From: Candidatus Nanopelagicales bacterium
GTDB lineage: Bacteria; Actinomycetota; Actinomycetes; S36-B12
Length of the DNA stretch: 64,000 nucleotides
Direction: 5' to 3'
NCBI GenBank assembly: GCA_009694585.1
Contig: SHUQ01000001.1
Coordinates: 7,815-71,814 of the forward strand
A program made the position numbers and the translations under genes. Below are positions 42,697-55,043 of this stretch, one piece after another (position 1 is the first letter of the stretch; every line of letters begins with the position of its first letter). The notes under the pieces are model-generated. The model had not been told where the DNA came from and ran no database searches. It saw nothing but the letters and a program-made list of their open reading frames with translations.

Positions 42697-44030
42697 TGGC
42701 TACTTTCATTGGGCAGCTCATCGGTTTCGCGGTGATTGTCCTGATCATCATGAAGTACGTCGTTCCACCCGTGCGCAAAATGATGGTAGAACGTCAGGCC
42801 GCGGTGCGCGCTGAACTCGAGGAGAGCGCCAAAGCCGGCCAGCGTCTTGCCGATGCCGACCGTTTTCGCGCACAGCGAATGGATGAGGGGCGCTTAGAGG
42901 CCGCTCACATTATTGACGAGGCCGCCTCGGACTCGGTTCGCATTGGCGAGCAGTTGCGTATTCAAGGCGGCGTCGAGGCCGAGCGTATTGAGGTGCAGGG
43001 CGACCAACAGGTTTTACTGATGCGGTCGCAACTTATTCGCGAACTTCGCGGTGAGCTTGGCGCGCAGGCATTGAGTAGGGCAACAGAAATCGTGAAAGCG
43101 TACGTAGCCGACCCGGCAGAACAGTCGGCAACTGTCGACAGGTTCCTCGACGAAGTCGAGTCGATGGCCCCGGCGCTCTTCACTCCAGAAGTCACGGCAA
43201 CCAACCTGCGTCCAGCCAGCCGCGAAGCGCAGGCGGAGGTGGTGGCTCGGTTTGATGCTGTAGCGGCACCACTTTCAGTTGATGATCTCTCGGCGCTGTC
43301 TGGTGAACTGGGTGGGGTCTACGCGCTGTTGCTGCGCGAGTCGACACTGGCACGCCATCTCGCTGAGACCGGTGGTGTAGTCGACTCCAAGCAAAAGCTG
43401 TTGGAGCAATTGTTCGCCAGCAAGGTGGGTCCTAGCACTTTGGCGATTCTCAGTACCGCGGTGTCGGCGCGCTGGTCGACAATAAGTGATTTCGTTCACT
43501 GCGTTGAGTACGTTGCCAGGCTCAGCCTGCTGGAGCGGGCCGACCGGGAGCATCAGGCCGACGAGGTGGCCGAGCAACTCTTCCGATTCGGTCGCGTGCT
43601 AGCAGCGCAACCGCGACTGACATCATTGCTAAGCGACTACCGCGAGCAGGCTTCTGGCCGGATCGCCTTACTGCGATCTATCTTGGATGCCGGCAGTGGC
43701 GCCAACCCAACGACCATCGCGTTCCTAGTCCAAACCATCGAACTACTGCATGGTGAGCGTGCCGACGAAGCCGTCCAGGAATTGGCCCAACTTGCGGCCG
43801 CTCGCCGCGGCGAGATTGTCGCCGAGGTAAATGCGGCAGCCGACCTCAGTGAATCCCAGCGGCAGCGTCTAACCGAGGTGCTCACGCGCATTTATCACCA
43901 CCCCGTGTCGGTGCGCCTTGTCGTCGGACCTAGGCTGCTGGGGGGCTTGTCGGTCACGATTGGCGACGAAGTCATTGACGGAACCCTTTCTGCCCGGCTG
44001 GCCGCAGCCGCGATGAAACTACCCAGCTAG
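42696..44030 (+). CDS. atpH: Fused ATP synthase b-like / delta subunit
   Basis: 444 aa. The N-terminal b-type TM plus coiled coil (MATFIGQLIGFAVIVLIIMKYVVPPV) joins to an OSCP/delta domain ending VIDGTLSARL. Confidence 0.85.
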   Translation: MATFIGQLIGFAVIVLIIMKYVVPPVRKMMVERQAAVRAELEESAKAGQRLADADRFRAQRMDEGRLEAAHIIDEAASDSVRIGEQLRIQGGVEAERIEVQGDQQVLLMRSQLIRELRGELGAQALSRATEIVKAYVADPAEQSATVDRFLDEVESMAPALFTPEVTATNLRPASREAQAEVVARFDAVAAPLSVDDLSALSGELGGVYALLLRESTLARHLAETGGVVDSKQKLLEQLFASKVGPSTLAILSTAVSARWSTISDFVHCVEYVARLSLLERADREHQADEVAEQLFRFGRVLAAQPRLTSLLSDYREQASGRIALLRSILDAGSGANPTTIAFLVQTIELLHGERADEAVQELAQLAAARRGEIVAEVNAAADLSESQRQRLTEVLTRIYHHPVSVRLVVGPRLLGGLSVTIGDEVIDGTLSARLAAAAMKLPS

Positions 44031-44094
44031 ATGAAGTTAGCCAACTAACGGTGCCTAATAGCCAACTACTAGGACGAAGAGGAAGACGAGCAAC

Positions 44095-45741
44095 ATGCCA
44101 GAGTTGACAATCTCCGCTCAAGACATTCAGGGCGCCATCGAGAACTACGTATCGGGTCTTGAGGTCGGCACCGGTCGTGAGGAGGTCGGGAGCGTAATCG
44201 ATTCCGGCGACGGTATCGCTCACGTTGAGGGCTTGCCATCGGTCATGGCCCAAGAGTTGCTGGAGTTCTCCGGCGGCGTCATGGGGATGGCTCTCAACCT
44301 CGACGAGCACCAAATCGGCGCGGTAATTCTGGGCGACTTCTCCAAGATCGAAGAGGGTCAGTCGGTCAAGGGGACAAAAGAGGTGCTCTCGGTTCCGGTT
44401 GGTGACGCGTTCCTTGGCCGGGTAGTCAACCCATTGGGCGAGCCGATCGATGGTCGCGGGGAGATCATCGCTGAACGTCGCCGCCCCCTTGAGTTGCAGG
44501 CGCCCTCGGTGGTCCAACGCCAAAGTGTCCATGAGCCGCTCCAGACTGGTATCAAGGCGATCGATGCGATGACGCCCATCGGGCGGGGTCAGCGCCAACT
44601 GATCATCGGCGACCGTAAGACGGGCAAGACCGCGGTATGTGTTGACACGATTTTGAACCAGCGCCAGAACTGGGAGACCGGGGATCCCGCCAAGCAGGTG
44701 CGTTGCGTATACGTCGCGATCGGCCAGAAGGGCACCACGATCGCCAGTGTGCGTCGGGCGTTGGATGAGGGCGGTGCGATGGAGTACACCACCATCGTTG
44801 CCTCACCGGCTTCTGATCCGGCCGGCTTCAAATACCTTGCCCCATACACCGGTTCGGCCATCGGTCAGCACTGGATGTACGAGGGCAAGCACGTGCTAAT
44901 CGTGTTTGACGATCTCACCAAGCATGCCGAGGCGTACCGCGCGATCTCCTTGTTGCTGCGCCGGCCGCCGGGCCGTGAGGCATACCCCGGCGACGTGTTC
45001 TACTTGCATTCGCGTTTGCTAGAGCGTTGCGCGAAGCTCTCCGATGAACTGGGTGCCGGGTCGATGACCGGCCTGCCGATCATCGAGACCAAGGCCAACG
45101 ATATTTCGGCTTACATCCCGACCAACGTCATCTCGATTACCGATGGCCAGTGCTTCTTGGAGACCGATCTATTCAACCAAGGCGTTCGCCCGGCTATCAA
45201 CGTCGGTGTTTCCGTATCTCGGGTAGGTGGCGCAGCGCAAATTAAGGCGATGAAGGAAGTAGCCGGTTCGCTGCGGCTGGATCTGTCGCAGTATCGAGAG
45301 TTGGAGGCCTTCGCGGCATTCGCCTCGGACCTAGATGCGGTTTCCAAGGCGCAGCTCGAGCGAGGTGCTCGATTGGTGGAGCTCTTGAAGCAAAATCAGT
45401 TCAGCCCCATGTCCGTTCAGGATCAGGTCGTGGCCATCTGGCTGGGAACCAGAGGCCACCTAGATTCCGTCCCCGTGGCTGATGTCACCCGCTTTGAGTG
45501 GGAGTTCATTGAGCATCTGAAGGTGTCGCGTGCGGGAATTTTCACCGAAATCAGGGACACCTTGAAACTCTCCGAAGACACTGAGCAGCAACTCGTAGTT
45601 GCCGTGGGCGACTTCAAAAAGGGTTTCGCCACCTCAGACGGGAGCTCGGTCATTCCCGAAGCTCATGTTGCGGCACTGGCTGAGGGCGACGTGGAGAAGG
45701 AGTCTGTCCAGGTGCACAAGCCGGCTCCGAAGAAGAAGTAA
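44095..45741 (+). CDS. atpA: F-type ATP synthase subunit alpha
   Basis: 548 aa, Walker A GDRKTGKT. Confidence 0.95.
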   Translation: MPELTISAQDIQGAIENYVSGLEVGTGREEVGSVIDSGDGIAHVEGLPSVMAQELLEFSGGVMGMALNLDEHQIGAVILGDFSKIEEGQSVKGTKEVLSVPVGDAFLGRVVNPLGEPIDGRGEIIAERRRPLELQAPSVVQRQSVHEPLQTGIKAIDAMTPIGRGQRQLIIGDRKTGKTAVCVDTILNQRQNWETGDPAKQVRCVYVAIGQKGTTIASVRRALDEGGAMEYTTIVASPASDPAGFKYLAPYTGSAIGQHWMYEGKHVLIVFDDLTKHAEAYRAISLLLRRPPGREAYPGDVFYLHSRLLERCAKLSDELGAGSMTGLPIIETKANDISAYIPTNVISITDGQCFLETDLFNQGVRPAINVGVSVSRVGGAAQIKAMKEVAGSLRLDLSQYRELEAFAAFASDLDAVSKAQLERGARLVELLKQNQFSPMSVQDQVVAIWLGTRGHLDSVPVADVTRFEWEFIEHLKVSRAGIFTEIRDTLKLSEDTEQQLVVAVGDFKKGFATSDGSSVIPEAHVAALAEGDVEKESVQVHKPAPKKK

Positions 45742-46664
45742 TGGCAGCGACATTACGCGAACTTCGCGGACGAATCCGCTCAGCGGAGTCGATCAAGAAA
45801 ATCACCAAGGCCCAAGAACTCATCGCGACGTCGCGAATAGCCAAGGCGCAGGCCCGGGTTCAAGCTGCCCGGCCATACTCGGAAGAGATCACCAAAATGC
45901 TTTCTGAGCTTGCCTCCGAAGCGGCACTTGACCACCCGCTTCTGGTGCCTAGGGAGAATCCCAAGCGCGCCGGTGTGCTGGTGGTGACTTCGGACCGCGG
46001 ACTGTGTGGTGGCTATAACGCGAATGTTTTGCGCTTGGCCGAGGAGTTGATTTCACTACTTCGTCAGGAGGGCAAAGCCCCGGTCATCTATGTGATCGGA
46101 CGCAAAGCGCAGGGCTATTTCAGCTTCCGCAATTGGGCCATAACGAAGGCCTGGGTAGGGATCTCTGAGCGGCCGACGTACGAGAACGCCCAGGAGATTG
46201 CCGACTCGTTGGTGGCGGCCTTTCTCGCCGGGGCTGACGACGACGGCGACTATCCGGGGGCCGATGGCACCTTGGGTGTCGATGAGTTGCATATCGTATT
46301 TACGGAGTTCCGATCGATGCTGTCCCAGACCGCAGATGCTCGACGAATCGCACCAATGGAAGTGGAGTACGTCGAAGAGGATCACGGGCCACAGACTTTA
46401 TTCTCCTTCGAGCCCGACGCCAGCACGCTCTTCGAGTCGCTCCTGCCTCGATACGTGGCAACTCGAATCTTCTCGGCACTACTTGAGTCGGCTGCCTCAG
46501 AATCGGCTGCTCGCCGCCGTGCCATGAAAGCGGCCACTGACAATGCTGATGACCTCATCAAAGAACTAACCTTGATGTCCAACCGTGAGCGTCAAGCTCA
46601 GATCACCCAAGAAATAAGCGAAATCGTCGGCGGGGCCAATGCCCTAGCCGATGCCGCCAAGTAG
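45741..46664 (+). CDS. atpG: F-type ATP synthase subunit gamma
   Basis: 307 aa. N-terminal [20 protein letters not shown] and C-terminal [12 protein letters not shown]. Confidence 0.95.
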   Translation: MAATLRELRGRIRSAESIKKITKAQELIATSRIAKAQARVQAARPYSEEITKMLSELASEAALDHPLLVPRENPKRAGVLVVTSDRGLCGGYNANVLRLAEELISLLRQEGKAPVIYVIGRKAQGYFSFRNWAITKAWVGISERPTYENAQEIADSLVAAFLAGADDDGDYPGADGTLGVDELHIVFTEFRSMLSQTADARRIAPMEVEYVEEDHGPQTLFSFEPDASTLFESLLPRYVATRIFSALLESAASESAARRRAMKAATDNADDLIKELTLMSNRERQAQITQEISEIVGGANALADAAK

Positions 46665-48143
<1,479 letters not shown>

Positions 48144-48176
48144 TGCGGACTTGGTTGAGTCGAGGGGTGGTGTGAA

Positions 48177-48542
48177 ATGGCCGAACTAGATGTAACGATC
48201 GTCGCTGTCGAGCGGAAAATCTGGTCGGGCAAGGCTACTTTTCTATTCACCCGTACGACCGCTGGTGATATCGGAATTCTGCCTCGCCATATCCCGCTGG
48301 TGGCCAAACTCGTCGACGATGCCATGGTCCGGGTGGAGCGCGAGGGTGAAGACGACTTGCGCATCGCGGTTGATGGGGGCTACCTCTCGGTCACCGAGGC
48401 CGGCGTCACAATTTTGGCGGAGTCCGCTGAGTTTGAGTCAGAGATCGATGAGGGTCTTGCCAAGACCGACGCGGCCTCGGAGGATCCTCGTACCGTCGCT
48501 CGTGGCCGAGCCCGGCTGAGAGCACTAGGTCAAATCGACTAA
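48177..48542 (+). CDS. atpC: F-type ATP synthase subunit epsilon
   Basis: 121 aa in the terminal operon position, with a beta-sandwich N-terminal pattern. Confidence 0.9.
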   Translation: MAELDVTIVAVERKIWSGKATFLFTRTTAGDIGILPRHIPLVAKLVDDAMVRVEREGEDDLRIAVDGGYLSVTEAGVTILAESAEFESEIDEGLAKTDAASEDPRTVARGRARLRALGQID

Positions 48543-48603
48543 GAAGTAGGGCCTTCGGCCAAAGTCGCGGCCATTTTGCGTCGCGAACAGGTGTGGCCAT
48601 GTG

Positions 48604-49179
48604 TCATCTATTGGCGCCGGGCTGCCACAGCACATCGCCGCCGGCTTGCTTATTGGCAAAGCGGGCGAGAATGAAGAGTAAATCGCTCAGCCGATTGACG
48701 TAAGTTGCGGTTAAGTAGTTCATGCCGCCGTGGTAGGTATCCCAGGCAGCCCAAATCGACCGCTCCGCCCGCCGTGCCACGGTGCGTGCCACGTGCAATT
48801 GGGCTGCTGTGCTGGTGCCCCCGGGCAAAACAAATGAACGTAGTGGCTCAAGTTGGTCATTGTATTTGTCGCAGGCTTGTTCTAGATGGTCGACATAGGC
48901 TTGGGTGACGCGAAGGGGCTCGTGCGCAGGGCTGTCTACAACCGGGGTACATAGATCGGCGCCAACATCAAATAGATCATTTTGGATGCGTAGCAGCAGG
49001 ACCCGAACCTCGTCTGAGACTTTGGTGGCGGCCAGCACCATCCCGATGGCACAGTTGGCCTCATCAACGTCGGCATAGGCCTTAAGGCGTGGGTCGTTCT
49101 TGCCGGTCCGGCTCATATCCCCAAGTGAGGTGGTGCCGTCATCACCGGTGCGAGTATAGATCTTGGTCAGGTTAACCAT
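48604..49179 (-). CDS. ATP:cob(I)alamin adenosyltransferase, PduO type
   Basis: 191 aa beginning KIYTRTGDDGTTSL, the signature PduO-type N-terminus. Confidence 0.85.
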   Translation of the reverse strand: MVNLTKIYTRTGDDGTTSLGDMSRTGKNDPRLKAYADVDEANCAIGMVLAATKVSDEVRVLLLRIQNDLFDVGADLCTPVVDSPAHEPLRVTQAYVDHLEQACDKYNDQLEPLRSFVLPGGTSTAAQLHVARTVARRAERSIWAAWDTYHGGMNYLTATYVNRLSDLLFILARFANKQAGGDVLWQPGANR

Positions 49180-49243
49180 GGGGGCTCCTTTGCTTGATCA
49201 GACCCTATGACATCTTCTGGGCTAACGCTCGTACGATGCGTAC

Positions 49244-50521
49244 GTGGAGGTCTTGAGCATCGTGGGCGGGCAGCGCCTGCACGGCACCGTTCGGGTCACC
49301 GGTGCTAAGAACTCCGTCCTAAAACTCATGGCGGCCGCACTATTGGCCCAGGGCACTACCACCTTGACCGAAGTACCAAATATCTTAGATGTCGAGATCA
49401 TGGCGGAGTTGCTCCGCAGGCTAGGGTGTGCAGTTGACCACGATGGCCAAACTCGGCGAGTAAGTATCTCGGTGCCAGAAGTATTGGCCCATCGAGCCGA
49501 CTATGACCTGGTGCGGCGCATGCGGGCATCGATTTGTGTGCTCGGCCCACTGCTAGCTCGATGCGGAGCGGCTGAGGTGGCGCTACCTGGCGGCGACAAC
49601 ATCGGGTCACGGGGTTTGGATATGCACATCGCGGGCCTGCGGAAGTTGGGGGCTGAAGTCACCAATGAGCATGGCTATTTGATTGCCACATCCCAGCAAC
49701 GTTTGAGTGGCGGCTCAATTTGGCTGGACTTCCCGAGCGTCGGTGCCACTGAAACATTGTTGATGGCAGCGGTGACGGCTAGTGGGGTGAGCGTTATTGA
49801 GAATGTCGCCCGTGAGCCAGAGATTGTCGATATCTGCGAGATGCTAATCAATATGGGTGCGTCGATTGACGGAGTAGGTACCGCAACTTTAACAATCGAA
49901 GGCGTTGACCAACTAGAGCCCGTGGTGCACTGCACGGTCAGCGATCGGATTGTCGCGGGCACTTGGGCGGTCGCGGCTGCGATGACCCACGGCGATATAA
50001 CGGTACTGAACTCTAATCCGGGGCATCTGCAAGTGGCGCTCGACAAACTCGTCAGCGCCGGCGCTCAGGTAAGTGTCGTCGCTGATGGGTTTCGCGTAGA
50101 GATGGATAACAGGCCACTAGCGGTCGATGTTGTCACCTTGCCTTACCCGGGTTTCCCCACCGACCTACAACCACAGTTCATTGCACTAAATGCCATCGCG
50201 AGTGGAGCGGCACTTGTTACTGAGAATCTTTTCGAGGCTCGGTTTCGCTTTGTTCAGGAACTGGCCCGACTCGGGGCAGATGTGCGCACCGATGGGCATC
50301 ATGCGCTGGTGCGCGGGCGCGCGAATTTATCCGGTGCACCGGTTGAGGCCACCGATATTCGCGCGGGTGCAGGGTTGGTCCTTGCTGGTTTAGTTGCAGA
50401 CGGCACCACGACTATCTACGGGGCGTCGCATCTTGATCGCGGCTATGCCGACTTCGTGCCGGCATTAATTGGTCTGGGGGCTCAAGTAGAGCGAATCGAA
50501 GCCGAGTCGCTTTTTACTTGA
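49244..50521 (+). CDS. murA: UDP-N-acetylglucosamine 1-carboxyvinyltransferase
   Basis: 425 aa. [12 protein letters not shown], and the active-site loop with D in place of C ([11 protein letters not shown]), as in actinobacterial MurA. Confidence 0.95.
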   Translation: MEVLSIVGGQRLHGTVRVTGAKNSVLKLMAAALLAQGTTTLTEVPNILDVEIMAELLRRLGCAVDHDGQTRRVSISVPEVLAHRADYDLVRRMRASICVLGPLLARCGAAEVALPGGDNIGSRGLDMHIAGLRKLGAEVTNEHGYLIATSQQRLSGGSIWLDFPSVGATETLLMAAVTASGVSVIENVAREPEIVDICEMLINMGASIDGVGTATLTIEGVDQLEPVVHCTVSDRIVAGTWAVAAAMTHGDITVLNSNPGHLQVALDKLVSAGAQVSVVADGFRVEMDNRPLAVDVVTLPYPGFPTDLQPQFIALNAIASGAALVTENLFEARFRFVQELARLGADVRTDGHHALVRGRANLSGAPVEATDIRAGAGLVLAGLVADGTTTIYGASHLDRGYADFVPALIGLGAQVERIEAESLFT

Positions 50522-50858
50522 TTCGAGCTAGCACTTTTTGAGCGTTTTCAACGTCGGCTGGCCAGACCATCAACCTGGGGCCGTCATTAGTCTGTGCGAG
50601 GTTAGCTCGTACCCCGGCCGCCTCGAGCCCGCGGCGCCACAGTTCACCCTCGAGATAGGTGCTCGGGGTGGCAAGGACGACCAGCATCCCGTACTCGGAG
50701 GGGGCGCCACTACGTGCCGGTGCCGCAACTACGCTGTTGCCGCGGCTAAAAGCCCAGCGCAAGATCAGCGCTAAGACGGCGACGCCGAGCAGGGCAAATA
50801 GGGGCCCAAAGGCGAAGGAGTAGGCATTCCAGGCGGGCACGAGATAAGTCTCACGCAC
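50514..50858 (-). CDS. Hypothetical small membrane protein
   Basis: 114 aa, one TM helix then a soluble domain. No family recognised. Confidence 0.4.
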   Translation of the reverse strand: MRETYLVPAWNAYSFAFGPLFALLGVAVLALILRWAFSRGNSVVAAPARSGAPSEYGMLVVLATPSTYLEGELWRRGLEAAGVRANLAQTNDGPRLMVWPADVENAQKVLARIK

Positions 50859-50884
50859 TCAAGGAATTCCCGCACGGTGATCAG

Positions 50885-52927
50885 GTGACCGGGCCTCGCT
50901 ATCCTTATGGGGTGCCCACTGCCATGGATCAATCGCGTGCCAAGGACAAGCCGTGGCTGATCCGGACTTATGCCGGTCACTCCTCGCCTAGTGAATCCAA
51001 TGCCCTGTACCGGCGGAACTTGGCCAAAGGACAGACCGGACTGTCGGTGGCTTTTGATCTGCCCACCCAAACCGGGTACGACCCAGATTCACCGATGGCC
51101 CTCGGCGAGGTTGGCAAAGTCGGGGTGCCGATTGCTCACCTAGGCAATATGCGAGCGTTGCTGGAGGCGATTCCGCTCGACAAAATGAATACCTCAATGA
51201 CCATCAACGCCACCGCGATGTGGATGCTGGCGTTATATGTGGTGGCCGCTGAAGATACTGGGGTACCCGCCAACCTATTGCAGGGTACGACCCAGAACGA
51301 CATCATCAAGGAGTACCTGTCGCGCGGAACATATGTGTTCCCCCCCGAGCCATCCCTTCGGTTGATCACTGACATGGTCACTTATACTGTGAAGAATATT
51401 CCGAAATGGAATCCGATCAACATTTGTAGCTACCACCTACAAGAGGCCGGAGCGACTCCGGTTCAGGAAATTGCCTACGCCATGAGCACCGCGATCGCGG
51501 TGCTCGATGCGGTGCGCGACAGCGGTCAGGTAGATCCTGCTGACTTTGGTGATGTGGTAGCGCGAATGTCCTTCTTTGTCAATGCCGGCGTGCGTTTCGT
51601 TGAAGAAATGTGCAAGATGCGCGCTTTCGTGGAGATTTGGGATCGCATTACCTTGACGAGATACGGTGTTCAGAACCCAGATCAGCGAAGGTTCAGGTAC
51701 GGGGTGCAAGTTAACTCACTGGGTTTAACTGAAGCGCAACCTGAGAACAATGTGCAACGAATAGTTCTTGAGATGCTCGCTGTGACGATGTCAAAGGATG
51801 CAAGGGCGCGCGCGATTCAACTCCCAACCTGGAATGAGGCGTTAGGGTTGCCGCGCGCCTGGGATCAGCAGTGGTCACTTCGCATTCAGCAAGTACTTGC
51901 CTTCGAGAGCGATCTACTGGAGTACGAGGATCTCTTCACCGGCTCTGTGGTCATTGAAAGAATTGTCAACGAAATGATTGCCGAAGCCACCACTGAACTC
52001 GACTATGTGCTCGAGCTAGGGGGTGCGGTCGCGGCGGTCGAGAGTGGATATATGAAACAGCAGATGGTGCAGGCTCACTCCCAGCGGCGCACTCGTATTG
52101 AATCTGGTGAACAAATCGTCGTAGGAGTAAATGCTTTCCAGGAAAGTGAAGCTAATCCGCTGCTTGCTGATCTAGATGCTGCCGTGCTCGTGGTAGATCC
52201 CGAGGTTGAAGCCCAGGCAATTGCAGACCTTAAATCGTGGCGGGCTGCACGTGATCACGAGCAGGTTGCTAAGGCTCTGGCGCAACTGCATGAACAGGCC
52301 AAGACTTCCGTGAACCTCATGAAAGCGACTATCGAATGTGTTCGTGTAGGTGTTACCACCGGCGAGTGGACGTCCACACTGCGCGACGTATTCGGCGAAT
52401 ATCGGGCACCTACAGGTATCGGTGGGGTGGTCGGGGCATCCAGTTCTGATCTGGACGAGGTGCGCCGTGCGGTTGCAATTACCTCGGATGAATGTGGTTC
52501 ACCACTTCGTTTGCTGGTTGGCAAGCCTGGCTTAGATGGACACTCCAATGGTGCCGAGCAAATCGCGGTCCGCGCCCGTGATGCGGGATTCGAAGTTATC
52601 TATCAAGGCATCAGATTGACCCCGGAGCAGATCGTGGCGGCGGCAGTTGCCGAGGATGTGGATGTAGTGGGCCTGTCAATTCTCTCCGGATCACATCGGG
52701 CCTTGGTGCCGGCGGTGGTAGATGGGCTGCGTGCCCGCGGCCTAACTGAGGTGCCCGTGGTGGTCGGTGGCATCATTCCGGACGCCGATGCCACTTGGTT
52801 GCGTGAGCGCGGGGTGGCCGAGGTATTTACTCCTAAGGATTACGACGCGACCGTCATCATGCGGAGCATTGTTGACACGGTGCGTGCCGCCAAATCAATG
52901 CCACCCTTGCCAAGTCCGTGCGCATAG
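50885..52927 (+). CDS. Adenosylcobalamin-dependent acyl-CoA mutase, single-chain (MeaA/ethylmalonyl-CoA-mutase-like)
   Basis: 680 aa. [15 protein letters not shown]...[22 protein letters not shown] resembles MeaA as I recall it. The C-terminal B12 domain has DxHxxG (LDGHSNG). Substrate not assignable. Confidence 0.8.
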   Translation: MTGPRYPYGVPTAMDQSRAKDKPWLIRTYAGHSSPSESNALYRRNLAKGQTGLSVAFDLPTQTGYDPDSPMALGEVGKVGVPIAHLGNMRALLEAIPLDKMNTSMTINATAMWMLALYVVAAEDTGVPANLLQGTTQNDIIKEYLSRGTYVFPPEPSLRLITDMVTYTVKNIPKWNPINICSYHLQEAGATPVQEIAYAMSTAIAVLDAVRDSGQVDPADFGDVVARMSFFVNAGVRFVEEMCKMRAFVEIWDRITLTRYGVQNPDQRRFRYGVQVNSLGLTEAQPENNVQRIVLEMLAVTMSKDARARAIQLPTWNEALGLPRAWDQQWSLRIQQVLAFESDLLEYEDLFTGSVVIERIVNEMIAEATTELDYVLELGGAVAAVESGYMKQQMVQAHSQRRTRIESGEQIVVGVNAFQESEANPLLADLDAAVLVVDPEVEAQAIADLKSWRAARDHEQVAKALAQLHEQAKTSVNLMKATIECVRVGVTTGEWTSTLRDVFGEYRAPTGIGGVVGASSSDLDEVRRAVAITSDECGSPLRLLVGKPGLDGHSNGAEQIAVRARDAGFEVIYQGIRLTPEQIVAAAVAEDVDVVGLSILSGSHRALVPAVVDGLRARGLTEVPVVVGGIIPDADATWLRERGVAEVFTPKDYDATVIMRSIVDTVRAAKSMPPLPSPCA

Positions 52928-53004
52928 TCATTGCCCGCTGCACCGTCAACTATGTCGGTCGCTTAAAAGCGCACCTCCCCGCAGCCGTTCGGGTGATCAT
53001 GATC
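52918..53004 (+). pseudogene. nucS: nucS (EndoMS) 5' fragment, first 29 codons only
   Basis: GTG 52918 (overlapping the mutase stop) gives [29 protein letters not shown]. This is the conserved NucS N-terminus. Similarity ends abruptly at ~53004-53007. Confidence 0.8.
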
Positions 53005-53007
53005 CAA

Positions 53008-53151
53008 TTGAGCGACCCACCCGAACCTCGCTCGGAGATCACAGTTCCAAGACCTGCGAGGGAGGTGCCGCGATGACTATCACGATCCTCAATTCCTTCT
53101 TCGGGGTCGCGGTCCTGATCCTCTCGGCGGCTGGCCTTGTTGTCGTCTTCG
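53008..53151 (+). repeat. Inverted-repeat arm A: orphan copy of the permease RBS plus first 79 nt
   Basis: Exact reverse complement of 58460-58603, checked by hand at 144/144 nt. Contains GAGGGAGG and an ATG at 53073 encoding [26 protein letters not shown]. Confidence 0.95.
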
Positions 53152-53634
53152 ATCACCATGACGTCGCTGCAGTTCAACGGCAAATGCTGCCGCATCCCGA
53201 GAACGTACGGCGTAGTGAAGCTCATAGTCAGCACCCTGAACCTTCAGCTGCGCAGCCATCGACATCAACGGGGTCACGCCGATCCCGCCAGCCAGCAGCA
53301 CAGAACACTTGGATTCCGAGACCAGGTGAAAGTCATTTCTCGGGTCCGAGACCTGCAGCGAATCGCCCGGGCTAAGACCGTGCATGAATTGAGATCCGCC
53401 ATTGCTGATTTCTTGCTGGCGCACGGCGAGTCGGTACTCCGATTGGTCCGGCGGTCAGACTTCAGTCACGAGCGAGTAGCACCGCGTCGTGCCGTCAGGA
53501 ATTGCAATTCGCACATGGGATCCGGGGGTGAATCTCGGGAGTGCCGTGCGAGTCGCACGAGCGAGAGTCAACTCTCGAACGCCTGGAGCGATGAGTTGAC
53601 TGTCGATCACGACCAACTGCAAACTCATCGACAT
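53152..53634 (-). pseudogene. PDR/VanB-type FMN-NAD ferredoxin reductase, nonsense-interrupted and 3'-truncated
   Basis: GGAG plus ATG 53634 gives MSMSLQLVVID...GSHVRIAIPDGTTRCYSLVTEV, then an in-frame TGA (53455-53457). It continues PPDQSEYRLAVRQQEISNGGSQFMH...VLLAGGIGVTPLMSM...ELHYAVRSRDAAAFAVELQRRHGD and ends at the repeat boundary 53151/53152. The rest of the NAD domain and the 2Fe-2S domain are absent. Confidence 0.7.
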
Positions 53635-53652
53635 TCTTGGCTCCACATCCAT

Positions 53653-53684
53653 ATTCTATGACATTTCATATATTAATCGTCAAG
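53653..53684 (-). promoter_or_regulatory. Candidate promoter/operator (site 1 of a shared motif) upstream of the reductase relic
   Basis: Minus strand: TTGACG, AT-rich spacer containing ATATATGA, then TAGAAT. Shares TATGAC-N3-TCATATATT-N3/4-GTCAAG with 59937-59963. Confidence 0.45.
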
Positions 53685-53729
53685 TTTCTTGCAACCTGCA
53701 GGGCCGTCCTGAGACCTCGCGGTGCAACG

Positions 53730-55043
53730 TCAGGACAAGCGGCAATCAAGGGGCAATCTCGGCGATGCCACGAGGCGCTCAACGGCGGATCCCACGTGCA
53801 GCACGGCCGACTCTCCGTAGTGTCGACCAATGATTTGCAGGCCCACCGGCATCTGATCACCTGACCTCTGGCACGGAACGCTCATCGCCGGTAATCCAAT
53901 GATCGAAGCCGGGACATTGAGTCCAAGCAACGCCGGGACCACCGGAACATCCCCTTGAGGGAGCGCAACCACAGTGTCGGTCGACAAGGGCGCCACACAT
54001 GGAAGCGTCGGGGCAGTCACGACATCAACATGTCGAGTTGCTTCGATCCACGAGCGGGCGATGGCAGCACGGATCCTTTGAGCGCGGATGTACTGGCGCG
54101 CAGGGCGCAACGCTCCCACCTCGAGATATGACCGCACCTCGTCTGAATACATGTCCGCTTTCGCCGGATACCACTCCCGATGGGCGTCCAGACTCTCCGG
54201 CAGGTTGACGGCGAAGGCCACAGCAACCGCGTATTCAAGCAAGGGAATGTGCACAGGCACGAGGACCGCTCCCGCTTCCTCAAGTGCCGACAACGAGTCT
54301 CGGACAGCGTTCTCGACCTCGGGATCAACGTTGTCGAAGAAGTAGTTCGTCGGGACTCCGATGCGAACACCTGCAACATCCTTGGCGAGATCGCGTGCGT
54401 AATCTTCAGCTCGATCCGATATGACCGACAGCACATCCGCCACATCGGCGACCGTTCGGCAGATGGGACCTACGGCGTCAAAGCTCCAGGCCATCGTCAC
54501 TACACCCGTCACCGGCACGAGACCGTGCGTCGGACGCAACCCGACCACTCCGCAACAGGCAGCAGGGATACGCACTGAACCCAACGTGTCAGTCCCCAGT
54601 GAGAGGTCGCAGTAGCCTGCGGCCACAACTGCGGCGGACCCTCCACTTGAACCACCAACTACTCGATCGAGATCGATGGGGTTGTTCGTCTCAGGGGTCG
54701 TCACACCAAAGGCAAATTCGTGGGTTCGAGCCTTTCCGATGAGGATGGCTCCCGCCCGGCTCATTCGATCGACCGCGACCGCATCGGTGTCAGGAATCCG
54801 CCCTTCTAGGACCTTAGAGCCCGCACTTGTTTCGATGCCCGCGGTATCGAAGAGATCCTTTGCCGCCCAGAGCCGGCCCTCAAGTCGCCGAGACCTCCCT
54901 ATGCTTACCGCATCATCTGACGCGCCCGCCTCCGACATGGCGCGGGTTAGGCATGTCCTGGCAAAGGCCGAGACCAGTGGCTCTCGCTCCTTGATGGACA
55001 CCTCACTTCTCGCAACAGCCGCAGCGGCCGAGATACCCGTCAC
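53730..55043 (-). CDS. Amidase-signature enzyme (AtzE/GatA-like)
   Basis: 437 aa. Catalytic Lys region LIGKARTHEF, GGSSGGSAA, GTDTLGSVRIPAACCG. Its GTG start overlaps the TGA of the upstream 67-aa ORF (GTGA). Confidence 0.9.
   Translation of the reverse strand: MTGISAAAAVARSEVSIKEREPLVSAFARTCLTRAMSEAGASDDAVSIGRSRRLEGRLWAAKDLFDTAGIETSAGSKVLEGRIPDTDAVAVDRMSRAGAILIGKARTHEFAFGVTTPETNNPIDLDRVVGGSSGGSAAVVAAGYCDLSLGTDTLGSVRIPAACCGVVGLRPTHGLVPVTGVVTMAWSFDAVGPICRTVADVADVLSVISDRAEDYARDLAKDVAGVRIGVPTNYFFDNVDPEVENAVRDSLSALEEAGAVLVPVHIPLLEYAVAVAFAVNLPESLDAHREWYPAKADMYSDEVRSYLEVGALRPARQYIRAQRIRAAIARSWIEATRHVDVVTAPTLPCVAPLSTDTVVALPQGDVPVVPALLGLNVPASIIGLPAMSVPCQRSGDQMPVGLQIIGRHYGESAVLHVGSAVERLVASPRLPLDCRLS

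Noticed and set aside
43972-44598. 208-aa minus-strand ORF, and similar long antisense ORFs at 583-1104, 36271-36822, 38497-39036 and 20695-21192
   Set aside because: Each lies opposite a confidently identified gene (atpA, ALDH, prmC, glyA, tgt). These are expected artefacts of high GC.
52767-53375. 202-aa plus-strand ORF spanning the mutase 3' end, the nucS start, repeat arm A and the reductase region
   Set aside because: It is a read-through chimera. It runs out of frame over the mutase and is in the permease frame only for the 26 codons inside arm A. It is then antisense to the reductase relic. It has no coherent domain.
53455-53457. Reading the in-frame TGA in the reductase as selenocysteine or programmed read-through
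   Set aside because: The position is not a redox-active residue in this family. I saw no SECIS-like hairpin right after it. The gene is also truncated at its 3' end, so a plain nonsense mutation is simpler.
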